Shown piece after piece: positions 49,800-62,467 of a stretch of DNA of 64,000 nucleotides. The translations under genes and the position numbers were made by a program. The notes beneath the pieces are model-generated. The model was not told the origin of the DNA, ran no database searches, and worked only from the letters and a program-made list of their open reading frames with translations. Positions within the stretch are counted from its first letter, which is position 1, and the number at the start of each line of letters is the position of its first letter. Source of the stretch: Octopus bimaculoides (taxonomy: Eukaryota); NCBI RefSeq assembly GCF_001194135.2, contig NC_068992.1:61676460-61740459 (forward strand). The letters are read 5' to 3'.

Positions 49800-49885
49800 T
49801 TGGTCAAGAATACCGAGCAGTATTTGCTTCAACTCTGCAGCCTGAGTTCAAATCCTGCAGAGGTCAACTTTGCCTTTCATGTTTT
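49800..49885 (+). mobile_element. SINE-B fragment
   Basis: gagttcaaatcctgcagaggtcaactttgcctttcat. Confidence 0.7.
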
Positions 49886-50684
49886 GAGGTTGATCAAAAG
49901 ACACATCATCAATCCAGTGCAATCAGACACGACACTGTAAGGTATCTGTTCTAGCCTGCTGCATTCTGAGCTCAAATCCTACACCATCACTGAAAGACAC
50001 TGACATGTCAGAGTTGAAACTTATCAATAAGATCAGCAATTTGAAAAAATAACTAACTAATGTAGACATAGTTTCCTTAGTTTGATTGGAAGATTGCCTA
50101 TCATCACCACCATCACTAAAAACTAATAAACAAAAACCTCATTTCTATCTAACAACACTGTATCATCTCAAAAGAAAGGACACATTGGATAGTATCATCG
50201 TAGACATATTATGGGTAGAAAAAAAAAGAAAAATAATAAAACAGAGATCATTATGGCTGAAACACCTTTGACTATAGGTCAGGTGGATCACAACTGACCT
50301 GGGGCTAAACTGCAACCTCACCAATCTCACAGTTATAAAAGCATAATTGAAGCTCAACAAAATGTCCATGCCATTAAAGTAAGTTTTCATTTCTAGTTTG
50401 TCCTGCCAATTTCAAAATCCCATTCTAAACTTTTATTGTATCCAATGTTTACAGTTCCACCACACATGGCAACCAGCTGGAGATCTGGAATGTAAATCTT
50501 TCAGCTAAACTCATAAAACTACTGGGGGAAAAAAAAAATGGATGTTTAATGCAATGATACTGATGACTCATCGTTCACATATTGGATTTTAGATCAGTTT
50601 GCGTTGTTACTATAACAATATCAGATTTAAAATCTGTCCATGTTAAAACGAGCCTGGCACCTATGCATATCTAGAATTAAATAT

Positions 50685-50870
50685 TGGTTGCTACACATGC
50701 ACACAATAATATATATCGGTTGCTATACTAGCATACAATTATACACTAGTTGAAATACTTGCACAGAATTATATATTAGTCATTATGCATGAATACAATT
50801 ATATATTAGTCATATGTGTATATAATTATAAATTGGTCACTAAAAAATACACAATTATAATTGGTAAATG
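50685..50870. repeat. Degenerate ~30 bp minisatellite, about 6 units
   Basis: Unit like tggttgctatacatgcatacaattatatat. Confidence 0.65.
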
Positions 50871-50974
50871 ACAAAATTCTTTATTAACTATTGATTCACA
50901 TGTAATATTTGATGTCAGATCCATAGAAATGTTCCTATATAATGAATGAATACACACACACACATGCATTAATT

Positions 50975-51347
50975 TAAGTGTGACCACATAGTGAGAAGTT
51001 TACCTCCTAACTACATGGTCTTGGGTTCAGTCCCACTGCATGGCACCTTGGACAAGTGTCTTCTATTATAGCTCCAGGTCAGCCAAAGCTTTGTGAAAGG
51101 TCTGAGTAGAGAGAAATTAAAAGAAACCCATCATGTTTGTGTGTGTGTGTGTGTGTGTGTGCGTGCGTGCACGCATGCATGCACGTGTTCCTATCTTCTT
51201 GCCTTGTCTTGTCTTTGGGAATAATACTTAAGTTGTAAACAGGTAATGGTTGCCGACGAGAAGTGCATCTGCTTGTAGAAAATCCACCTTAAATATCCTG
51301 TCCAACTCATGCAAGCAGAGAAATGTGAACATTAAATTATGATGGTG
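50975..51347 (+). mobile_element. SINE-A2, internally deleted
   Basis: Head ggtcttgggttcagtcccactgcatggcaccttggacaagtgtcttcta; tail gtccaactcatgcaagc..gaacattaaattatgatgg. Confidence 0.78.
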
Positions 51348-51351
51348 AGTA

Positions 51352-51391
<40 letters not shown>

Positions 51392-52039
51392 AAAGAAATC
51401 ACATTTCATGCATTTAAGAGGTTTTCTTTAAAAAAACTGATTAATATCAAAGAAAGATAATGTGTGTATATTACTATAGACATGATAAAGAGGATAAGAG
51501 TATACAGAAGAGAACAAGAGGAGAAAAGAATAATAGACTATAGAAGATATGTAACAGACATCAATGATGAGAGGTGGGTGAAGTGCCAGGAGGATCCAAA
51601 GGAAAGATAAGAACAAGGAAGACATGAGTAGAAGTGATGAAGGATGATCTCAAGAATCTGAACCTCAACAAGGGGTGACAAAGGAAAGCCACAAGTGAAA
51701 GGATACTGTGTTAGAGATGACCCTTGTTTCAGAATTAGGTGGAAAGAATACAACAGTGAAGCAATTGATTAAGCAGTATTCTGGTTCAATATAACACAAT
51801 GCCATTTGAATTCAGAAAGTAAAGAGTAGGACAAATATCACAAAACATTTTTACTGACTCTCTAATTTATGTACAATAAATTGGTTATACTTCTACCATA
51901 CACAAAATAGTTTAATTTTTTATACAATTTTTCATAATATTTAATTATAAAATTATAATAGGATTCTTTTAAACATCAAGTGGCTATAAGGGTCCATCTG
52001 AATAAAGCAAAAAAAAAGGGAGTCTATAAGTAAAAAAAA

Positions 52040-52490
52040 TGGTTGGGAACCACTGCTCTAATGCTTCTGCCAATCTCCCACATTTTGTCTGGTATGCTAA
52101 CAGTTCTGCCAGCACAAGAATGATAATAATAATAATTTCTTTTAATTTCAAATATTGGCACAAGGTTGACAACTTTGAAGGAGGGGGTAAGTTACTTACA
52201 TGGACTCCAGTGCTCAGTTGGTACTTATTTTATTGACTCTGAAAGGATGAAAGGTAAAGTCATCCTCGGCGAAATATGAACTCAGAACATAAAGACAAAC
52301 AAAATGCCGCTAAGTATTTTGCCCAGCATACTGATTATGTCAGCTTGCCACCTTAATAATAATCCTTTCTATTAAAGGCACAAGGCCTGAGATTTGGTAG
52401 GAGAGGATTAGTCGATTACATTAACCCCAGTGCGGCACTTAATTTATTGACCCTGAAAGGATGAAAGAGGAAGTCAACTTCAACAGAATT
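52040..52490 (-). mobile_element. Head-to-tail SINE-B array (2-3 copies)
   Basis: Core rc at ~52230 and ~52450; TAA/TAG runs between and after. Confidence 0.8.
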
Positions 52491-52500
52491 TTAAAATTAT

Positions 52501-52535
<35 letters not shown>

Positions 52536-53003
52536 GTAGTAGTAGTAGTAAAAAAAATAATAATCTGCCAGCAACAAAAGAAAAAACAATATATTTCAAT
52601 TAGGCCAGTGGCAAACTGATGTCTTCAGCATCATTGCAATAACATTCAAAGCATGACAGATCAATATAAATGGGATAATGTGAGGAGAATCCACATATAG
52701 ATGTTTGGTTTGTGCAAGAATAGAAAAGAGGTGAATCAATCAACATCATCATCATCATCACTACACATTGAGAAGGTGCTCTGTTTGCAAAGGAATGATG
52801 AATGAAACTGAAAACATTTTGGTTTACTGTAGCTGTCAGGTAGATTGTAATCTAGTTAGTTAGATGGTAATCTAAGGGAAGATTATAAGAAGTGAAATAT
52901 AAAGGAGAAAAGGTCTACTACTAGTAAAATATGTTATGCGTATAATTGGGCATGGTTTCCTTACACATATATCCTGGCCAACGAAAGTGGGGGCCCAGTT
53001 TAA

Positions 53004-53218
53004 CCCTTTTCTTACTATATTCTGTTGAAATACACTGCTTCTGTTTCAATTAATTTTTTACATATCAAAGAATTTATTAAAATACCTGTCATTATTAAGC
53101 TGGTGTTTGGATCATAAATTAACATGAAATTTTGATGGGAGATTTTAATTAAAATCATTTCAAAACAGAGAGTTTGTATCAGAGAATCAGGAGCAGCTGT
53201 AGGTTGGTATCAAAAGGA
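53004..53218 (-). mobile_element. PB2 MITE with TTAA duplications
   Basis: ttaa|cccttttc...ggtatcaaaagga|ttaa (TTAA at 53000-53003 and 53219-53222). Confidence 0.8.
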
Positions 53219-54338
53219 TTAACTCCCAGGGCTATGGTAAATGACACTTGGTCAAGATACCATATAGTGGAATTGAAACCAAGATCTTGGGATTGTAAAG
53301 CAAATTTCTTTTGCTATTCAGCCATGCTGTGTATGTTTGTGTATGTACATGAGTGTGTGTGTGTGTGTGTGTACATGCACTTTTGTATATAAATAGGACT
53401 TAACCCAAAATCACTTAGTTGCAAAAGTGATCTTCTTAGGCATACAGTCATGTTGAAAAAAAGAAAAGCACAAAAAAATGCAGGTATTACAAATTTAGTA
53501 AAATTTATTCACAACAAAAGCAGATCCAGAACAACGTCATTATCATCAACTTCAACAACTTTCTTTAATTAGGACAATCTTTAATAAACAAGTGTGGGAA
53601 AAGAGCTGTTACACAGAAGATTTGGAAAAGCAAATAATATATCAAACAAAGACATGGAAAGCTGACAAAGAAACATTGTGTGATGATGACTAAGCAATAT
53701 ATTTTGCTTGTTATAAGAAATCAAACAGCCATAACGAATAGACACCAACCACATTTATTATGTTCGAGTAAACAATGGAAACTCATGGTTCAAGGGAAGA
53801 TGTCCAGTTTTTATGCTAAATTATTTCTTTTTTCAACCTCTAAAAATCATTTGTTTTGATTGATGGCTGATCGATTTGAATCATAACAAATAGAGGATTC
53901 CTTCAATGAAGAGATCAAATCTATTGATCTCTAGAATAAGACTGTTGTGCATTACAGCTGGCCACAGATGCAAAGAAAGAGACCAACCTTATTTGCCTCG
54001 AATTGAAACTATGGGAAAACTTCTAATTACAAAATACATGAGGAAATGTAAACAGTTTAATCAATAAAATCATATATATGCACATACACAAGCATGGTTG
54101 TCTAAGTTTACTTTTTCAACTACACAGTTGCACATTCGATTGTACTTCATGGTACTTTGGATAAGTTGCCTTGAAGTATAGTTAATCCTTGTGAGTAGAA
54201 TTTTGTAGGTGGAAACTGTGCAGAAGCCCAGAAGTTCATTCCACTATGTAAACACACATTCCTGAACACACATTCCTGAACACACATTCCTGAACACACA
54301 TAGATAATAGATCTAATGTAACCCAAATAAGATTGAGC

Positions 54339-54369
<31 letters not shown>

Positions 54370-55049
54370 NNNNNNNNNNNNNNNNNNNNNNNNNNNNNNN
54401 NNNNNNNNNNNNNNNNNNNNNNNNNNNNNNNNNNNNNNNNNNNNNNNNNNNNNNNNNNNNNNNNNNNNNNNNNNNNNNNNNNTTCTGCATACATACGCAT
54501 TTATGTTTACAGTGATTTAAATATATATGCAGCATAACCAACTGGTTCAACAAAAAGAGATTGACAAATTAAAAGCCAAACTGATAGAAATAATGGTGTT
54601 AATGTATTTCAAATGAAACCAATGAAGCTTGTGACCCAGCCTGGCCGCAGTCTAATGACAAACTAGTAAAAGAATAAAAGAATGAGATCTCCCATAACAG
54701 AACTCATTCAGATTGCCTTTATTCTCTTATCTCCTTCTGAAATCACAAGTTATATCTTGTAAGGAAGTGGAAAATAATACACAATTCAACATAGTTTGAC
54801 TGGCAAGACAGAAATAGCAGCTAAATGTTCCTTGAATTAATCCTACAATCTTGGAAAGAAGCACATATTAGTCAGTGTAGTCCTGAGTGCACCATGCTCA
54901 GGAAAAAGGTAGAATAGTCAAGGCAGAAATGGCTTCGACCATTGGTCTACTCAACTAGAGTTGACCAGAGACTCAATAACAACCTTGGATGTCCTTTTCA
55001 CAATCAATATAGTGACCATTCCACTAATAATGGGAAAGTTAATTGGGAA

Positions 55050-55450
55050 AATTTTAATTGATAGGTGTGAGGTGGCTACATTATTAAAAACTTTGCTCCC
55101 CAATTACATAATTTTACCACTGTGTGACACCTTGGACAAGTATCTTCTGCTATAGTCCCAGGTCAACCAAAGCATTGTAAGTGGATTTGGTAGATGGAAA
55201 TTGAAAGACCATTGTGAGAGAGAGATCTTGTCTTGATTTTGCATCAGTCGTAAATGAGTATCACTGTCATACAAGCAGTGTCATTCATTTTCAGTATTCA
55301 GTGAGAACACATCTGGCCATGAGGAAAAATTATCTTTCTTGAGAAACAGGTAAGTGTTGGTGATAGGAAGGGTATCCAGCCATAGAAAATTTGCCTCAAA
55401 CTTTGCCCAACCCATGAAAGCATAAAAAGTGGACATTAAAATGATGATGA
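55050..55450 (+). mobile_element. SINE-A2, full length
   Basis: Head, core, module, ggaagggtatccagccatagaaaat and tail ggacattaaaatgatgatga. Confidence 0.82.
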
Positions 55451-56052
55451 CAAATAAACTGAGAGAAAGATAGACAAAGAGATGTTACAAAAGCATAAGT
55501 TATCACTTGTATCTATTTCAGTAAACCTGAAGAGTTGAAGGCAATGCCAACCTAGGTTACATCTATTTTAAAACTCTCCAAGATATGAAAGTAAATATAG
55601 TGAAGAATTTTATCTGACAGTTCTATTGTTTAAAATGCTACAACACTCTAAAAATACAAAAATGATACATTTCGGTCAAAATTAAGCTTTCAGGATAATG
55701 GTCGGTTACAAAATTCTATGATTGAAGAAGCAAGACACAAAAATTCGGGTAGCTTTAAAATTAAACTAAGAATTGAAATATTTCCGGTGTCGAGCATATA
55801 TTTTTGATAAGAATGTTGACGCTAATGCTAATAAAAATGGATAAAGTGAAAGGAATAATAAAAAGAGAACTTAATATGTTCAAAGCAAAAGTCACGATAT
55901 GCCAGTAATGCCGGATTTCTATTTAAATCAAAGCTTTTAGAGTCAACAGAATAAAGCAACAAATTGGTTGTGAGGTTAAAATGGAAAACTATTGATCAAA
56001 TGGTCACAAGTTCAAATTTTACTTTTGTCACAATGACTTTATTTTTTTTTTA

Positions 56053-56098
<46 letters not shown>

Positions 56099-56239
56099 AG
56101 TAAGAGAAGAAAGTATAGCATTTATGATTCTTTTCTCTTCTGGGGCCTCTTTGACAGGCAGGTGTAGTGCTAAACCAGATGACACATTAACCGTTTTGTT
56201 ACCATACTTTCACCGAATTTTACTACTTTTCAATTCACT

Positions 56240-56630
56240 TTCATCTTATGTCTTTTCATGTGCTTCAGCTACTGAATGCAGCCATGCTGGAGCACCACCT
56301 TGAGTTTTCATCAAGCAAATCCACCCCAGTGCTTATTTTATATTAGTCTAGTACTTATTTTATTATTCCCTTCTTTAACAAACTGCCAGGTTATGGAGCC
56401 ATAAACAAACCAACACCAGTTGTCAAGCAGCCATTGGGGACAAACACAAAGACACACACACACACAAACCAACAGGCTTCATTCAGTTTCTGTCTTGTAA
56501 ATCCATTCACAAGGACTTGATTGGCCCAGAGCTATAGGAGACACTTGCCCAAGGTGCAACACAATGGGACTGAACCCAGAATCATGTGGTTGGAAAGCAA
56601 ACATCATACACTGCAACTATGCCTGCACCT
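56240..56630 (-). mobile_element. SINE-A1, full length
   Basis: gcagccatgctggagcaccacc tail rc through to gggactgaacccagaatcatgtggttggaaagc head rc. Confidence 0.85.
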
Positions 56631-56724
56631 GAGGATAATGAAGAATATAGTAGAATAATTTTGTCCTTATTAAACCGTTGTTTGAAATACAAATTAACAT
56701 GAAACTGTGATGGTAAAACTTTAA

Positions 56725-56922
56725 CCCTTTAGCAGTCATACTATTGTCATTTATTTATTCATGATTTTTTAATAAATTATGCAACATCACAGAGCTTTGA
56801 AATTGTGATGATGTGATTATTTTTAGAATGACATTGTCAGGTATGTGAGAGATCAGATCTGTCCAGTTTGAACATAAAACAGAATATTTTGGTAAGATAT
56901 GGCTGGTTTAAATGCTAAAGGG
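56725..56922 (+). mobile_element. PB1 piggyBac-type MITE, intact ends
   Basis: TTAA|CCCTTTAGCA ... TGCTAAAGGG|TTAA (TSDs 56721-56724 and 56923-56926). Confidence 0.88.
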
Positions 56923-57084
56923 TTAATTTAAGACATTTTTGAAATAATTCATACTGAAGAACCAGAGACAGTCACAGAAAGGGTGCTGCCTTATCATCTT
57001 AGCTACCATCCAAGAACTCAAAACACAAATTGCTAGAAGAAATACCACAAAGTGTCCCTAACAATTCTAATTCTGCTAATCTGC

Positions 57085-57752
57085 TGCTCTGCACTGACAC
57101 CATATTTTATTGATCCTAAAAAAAAAAAATAGAACGCAAAGTTGACCTCAGCGAAATTCGAACTGTGCACAGAGAAATGGAACAAATATAGCAAAGCATT
57201 TTCTCCTGTTTTAACCATTTCCGCCAATTACCTGTTGAAGTACTTTTAAGCAAGGGATTTGACAGACTACCTCAACTCTCACATAATGGTTGATTGGTTA
57301 GCAGCAAAAGGAATGGTATTATCCAACCAATGAAACAGCCCACCCTGCCAATCATAAACCTACAGAAACTAGAATAAAAGTGATGAGTTCTAACATATAT
57401 ACAAGGCCACATATTTAATGGGAGGGTGTTGCTAATTAAATGGAACCTAAAAAAGATGAAAGGGTGAGCCAACACAAGTAACAACAACAGTAATGATAAC
57501 AATAATAATAATAATAATAATAATAGTAGTAATAATGAATAATCCTTTCTACTCTAGGCACAAGGCCCGAAATTTGGGGGAGAAGGCCAGTCGATTAGCT
57601 CGACACCAGTATGCAATTGGTACTTAATTTATTAACCCCAAAAGGATGAAAGGCAAAGTCAACCTCAGCGAAATTTGAACTCAGAACATAGTGGGAGACA
57701 AAATACCGCTAAGCATTTCATCCGGCATTCTACCGTTTCTGCCAGCTTGCCA
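57085..57752 (-). mobile_element. SINE-B copies (57085-57230 degenerate; 57542-57752 well preserved)
   Basis: cctttctactctaggcacaaggcccg...ccccaaaaggatgaaaggcaaagtcaacctcagcgaaatttgaactcag...ctgccagcttgccacc. Confidence 0.85.
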
Positions 57753-57754
57753 CC

Positions 57755-57786
<32 letters not shown>

Positions 57787-57789
<3 letters not shown>

Positions 57790-58330
57790 CCTTGATGCAG
57801 TCCCAGGCACTGGCTTTCATAGTTTCTGATCTTAACTGATTGGAAGTGTTATCATGCACACGTTTTGTCTTGGTAATAAAAAAGATGGGCTACAGCAAAT
57901 ATTCTGCTCAGTACCACAGATTTGCATGACCATAACCAGTTGAGCAAGTCTCTTAGTGGCTGACAATATGCACATCTCTGATCACAAACAGAAGTGGTGG
58001 GGAAGCATCATAGCTATGTGTTGAGAAGAATTCTTTGGGGTTTGAATAATTCACCTCGGAAACAGGATTGTTTTGTTCAACATCTTTAAACAACCCTTAT
58101 TCAAGGACCTTTTGAGCAGGATGGTCTACTCAACCTGAAGAAAATTCTAACTGGGCCTCACCTGCAAGATCATGTGCTATTTATCTTGATAAGAGATCAC
58201 CATGTTGCGCACATGTGGCTGTGATGCATGTGCTTGGTGTACCCTTATCAGAGGGGTAGTTATGGTGGGCATACTAAGCTTCATATATTTTACCCCAGTG
58301 TCACTTTGATGGCATGCACTGCTTCCCCAC
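57787..58330. mobile_element. Dispersed repeat D, copy 2 (longer)
   Basis: Collinear with 26162-26625, plus ~95 extra bp on the left. Confidence 0.85.
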
Positions 58331-58579
58331 TTAATGATATTAATTCTTTCTGATTTTGGCACAATGCCAGCAATTTTAGGGAGAGGGAGGGGGAAGTAAA
58401 TTTCATCATCTCTAGGGCTTGACTGGTATTTTATTTTATTGACCCTGAAAGGAAGAAAGATAAAATAGACTATGATGGGATTTGAACACAGAACAGGTGT
58501 CTTCAGTAAGTCATTTGTTCTTGTCCATCTTTCATACTTTCACCTCCCTCAACATTACTCCAATATTCAGATGAAGCAG

Positions 58580-58795
58580 TCTTGCCTTATAAGTTACTTG
58601 GTAACTTCACTAGTGCTTGTGCCACAAAAAAGCACCTAGCACTCTCTGTAAAGTGGTTAGCATTAGGAAGTGCATTGAGCTATAGAAACTATGGCAAAGA
58701 AGATGTTGAAGCTCAGTGCAATCCTCTGGGTTGCCAGTTCCTGTTAAACCATCCAACCAATATCAGCATAGAAAACGGACATTAAATAGTGATAA
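58580..58795 (+). mobile_element. R-family retroposon 3' end
   Basis: Collinear with 10365-10590. Confidence 0.7.
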
Positions 58796-59440
58796 TTATA
58801 TATAGAGAGAGTGGGGGGGAGAGAAATTCTTTGGGAAATAAGCAGCTTTCCTGAGGTTGGTAAGAATAAATAATATCTTAGTTTTAAGAACTGTTGGCTG
58901 AAACCAAAACGATGAGATATTTGGTAATCCATTAGGTGTAGTGTTTACAAGAGAGAGTATGTAAACTTTGGCATTTATAAACTCTTTAGCTATTTTATAT
59001 CTATTTTCTGGTGCTAACACATTCACATAAATGCTAGAGGAATTGTTTTTATAAACTGGTTGTCATTTCAACAGCTTAAAGGCAAACAGAGAAAAAACAA
59101 TATATTTTTTCTAAGCATGATTTCAAACTGACTTCCAACAGTCTTGGTAACCTCCTCCATTTAACAACCACCTTGTATCCACATTAAGTCCTGCAGTTGT
59201 TTCCTTTACCTAAAGCCTCCCCTCCCCCATCTCTACCTACCTTTAGTCCCTCTAGTTTCATTTACTCTACCTGCCCTGGTCTGGTTACTTTCACCAGCTT
59301 TCCCTGCTCTACAAGGCACTACTCACACTACTTACTATCACAAATCTACAGGCCTTCCTCCATTTAGTTCCTTCTATCACATTTTTTTATTTCTTATTTG
59401 TTTCTTAACAACACAAATATTGGCCTCCAAATATTTTTCA

Positions 59441-59496
59441 CCCTCTGAAGATAGGCAAATGCCTGAAACAGTGGATTTTCCACTATCTGTAATGAA
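59441..59496 (+). ncRNA. Degenerate type-I hammerhead-like motif
   Basis: CTGAAGA-T-[AGGC aaat GCCT]-GAAA-C-[AGTGGA ttt TCCACT]-ATC after a ~300 nt pyrimidine-rich tract; stem I poor. Confidence 0.45.
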
Positions 59497-60339
59497 TTAA
59501 CTCCATTTAATACTTGTTGTCTTTTTCTTTTATTTACAAACTTTTGTCAAGGCAGACCACCACTACCACCACTGCCTGTTTCCTTGGATTCCAGATGTTA
59601 CATCAACTTAATCTTGCCATAGGGCTTAATGTTTGAAGCAGTCAATTGTTAATAAAGACTCACTAATCACAATTAAAATGACTGCTAAGCTATATATTGA
59701 ATCATGTGGTACCCTCTGAATGGCCATGAATACAAGTGGAGGTAATTGTCTCCTCACAGCATGAGGTGTGATTAGGAATTTGAAATCAAGGAATATGAAA
59801 ACAATACAAGGAGTTCATGCATGTAATTATATAAAAAAAATTTTTTTTAATCTATAGTGAAGTTCTTGCAATTTCTAGTTAGTCATGATTAAGTATAGTA
59901 ATATTTCATCCTTTACAGGAGGAATAGTATATACAAAACAGAAACAACAGTTTAAGAAAGCCACAGCAATGCTGACTGGCATTATGCAGTTATAATCAAA
60001 ACATTAAAAATATTTCTAGACATTCTGAGAATATAAACTATTCATTTTAAAATGCCTGTAACTGAATAAATAATCTCTCTCTCTCTCTCTCTCTCTCAAA
60101 CTTTCAGGTACCAGCCATCATGAATTTCCATTCCAAAGTCTGGAGAGTCATGGTTTTTTGGGAAATATACTCATTGCCTTCTGCCACTTAATTGACAGCT
60201 TACTTGGTCAGTCTCCTCTACTGAGCTAACTGATGAGGCACAAGGTCAGTTCACATCACATCTGGGCATATTCACACAACACCTCTATTTAGCCGAAAAC
60301 TAGGGCCCCTAACAAGACCAGGCATTATAATACATTTGT

Positions 60340-60546
60340 CATCGTGTTCCTATTGAAATACAGTACTTTTTTTTCCAGTTTATTTAGGAAATAGTGAAGA
60401 ATTTAGTAAAATGACTCCTTATTAAGCTGGGGTTTGGAACATACCATGAAATTTTGATGGGCTTTTAATTTTGATCACATTAGAACAAGATATTTGTATC
60501 ATAGAATCAGAGGCAACTTCAGGCAGGTGGGTATCTAAAGGGTTAA
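60340..60546 (-). mobile_element. PB2 MITE
   Basis: Collinear with 53004-53218; ends ggtatctaaaggg|ttaa. Confidence 0.75.
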
Positions 60547-60595
60547 ACTGCATCCAGTAAAGAGTTTTCAGCTCAGGAGTTTAGGGAATCAAATA

Positions 60596-60800
60596 ATCCT
60601 TTCTACTATAGGCACAAGACCAGAAATTCTTTACAGGGAGGGGCTAGACAATTTCATCAACCCCATTGTTCAACTCATACATATCAACCCCAAAAGGATG
60701 AAAAGCAGAGTCAACCTTGGCAGAATTCAAACCCAGGACATAAAGACAGACAAAATACCACTAAGTATTGTGTCTTGTGTGCTAACAAAACACTTCAGCC
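60596..60800 (-). mobile_element. SINE-B
   Basis: cctttctactataggcacaag...ccccaaaaggatgaaaagcagagtcaaccttggcagaatt. Confidence 0.8.
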
Positions 60801-60894
60801 CACTCACCACTTTCAATACAACCTTAAAACGTATGACCAGCTAGTAGTTACTTAAATAGCATTTACAATATTCAAAAAGGTTATTTCTATCAGT

Positions 60895-61140
60895 GAAGGT
60901 GCATGGCTTAGTGGTTAGAGTGTTATACTCATTATTGTAAGATTGTGGTTTCAATTCCTGAACCAGGCAGTGAGTCAAGTTCTTGAGCAAAACACTTCAT
61001 TCACATTGCTCAGTTCACTAAACTGCAAATGAGTTCCATTAATAACTGGGGAAGTTAACCATAAAATGGACTAGCAACCCATTCAGGAAGAGGTGTTGTA
61101 ATCAGAGTCATTCATACAATATGAAAACCAGGTTAAACTT
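60895..61140 (+). mobile_element. SINE-C
   Basis: tgaaggtgcatggcttagtggttagagtg..ggtttcaattcctg..gttcttgagcaaaacact. Confidence 0.8.
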
Positions 61141-61582
61141 TGGCCTTACAAGTCATAGGGTTCGTGACAAGCCCAAGCTATTTCTGTCGTGAATATTTCA
61201 ATACCATCAACTTGAAAGGGAGGGCTAAATTAATTTTAATTTTCCAAATTAGGTGGTTTGACAACAGAATTCTTCCAAATAACAAATATGTTTTGTCAAC
61301 AGGTTTTACAGACAGTGAAAAGTAAGCAATTATGATTTAATGAGCAACAGTAGATGAAATGTCCAAAGTAAGTTATAACCTGGCTGTCCTAAAATCAAAC
61401 AATCAATGTCAATAGTGAAATGAGAATTGGATAGTTAAGAAAAGAGTAACTAATTACACAAGGTAAACTGTGGCAGTATAAAGCTGATGAGAAATGAAAT
61501 AAATAAATGGAAATGTAAGACAAGCAAAATAAGCTGTGGAACTAATGAAGTACTGTGCCAAAGATTTGAAATGAAATAGCAA

Positions 61583-61623
<41 letters not shown>

Positions 61624-61721
61624 TGCATATGCGTGCGAAAACTGCCAAATTGAGAAGGAGAAGCATAAATAATTTCAGGAATTATATAGACAAAAGTACA
61701 TGATGATTTAAGTGAAGCAAT

Positions 61722-62100
61722 ATCATCATCATCATTGTCATTTAACATCCACTTTTCCATGCTTGCACCAATCAGAGGGAATTTATTGAGGCAGATTTTC
61801 TATGGCTGGCTATCCTTGGTGCTGACCCCCACCTGTTTCCAAGAAAGGTAATTATCTCCCCATAGCTGGACATGTTTTTCTAAGAAGACTGGAAACAAGC
61901 AACATCACTTGTATGATGGTGATGTTCACTTACAAAGATCACATGATGTCAAGACAAGGATACAAGAATGCACGCACACACACACACAATGGACTTCTTT
62001 CAGTTTCTGTCAAACCAAATCCATTCACAATGTTTTGGTCAGCTTGAGGCTTTAGCAGAAGACACTTGCCGTAAGTTCCACACATTGAGATTGAACTTAA
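61722..62100 (-). mobile_element. SINE-A2
   Basis: Tail, module and core rc; head truncated against the next element. Confidence 0.82.
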
Positions 62101-62103
62101 GGC

Positions 62104-62467
62104 ACTTACCAACCACATGGTTCCGGGTTCAGTCCCACTGCGTGGCAGTTGGGCAAGTGTCTTCTACTATAGCCTCGGGCCAACCAAAGCCTTGTGAGTG
62201 GATTTGGTAGACGGAAACTGAAAGAAGCCCGTCGTATATATGTATATATATGTGAGTTTGTGTGTCTGTGTTTGTCCCCCTAGCATTGCTTGACAATCGA
62301 TGCTGGTGTGCTTATGTCCTCGTCACTTAGCGGTTCGGCAAAAGAGACCGATAGAATAAGTACTAAGCTTACAAAGGATAAGTCCTGGGGTCGATTAGCT
62401 CGACTAAAAGGCAGTGCTCCAGCATGGCCACAGTCAAATGACTGAAACAAGTAAAAGAGTAAAAGAG
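62104..62467 (+). mobile_element. SINE-A1, young
   Basis: Closely similar to 45408-45800, with many CpGs retained; tail gtaaaagagtaaaagag. Confidence 0.92.

Noticed and set aside
55600-55960. Mild CpG enrichment as a candidate SPSB promoter or 5' exon
   Set aside because: No clear donor site, core promoter motif or island-level CpG density; cannot be supported.
60230-60310. CTGATGA-GGC...GCC-GAAA
   Set aside because: A 3 bp stem II around a ~50 nt unstructured insert, no valid cleavage triplet or stem I; at best a heavily decayed relic.
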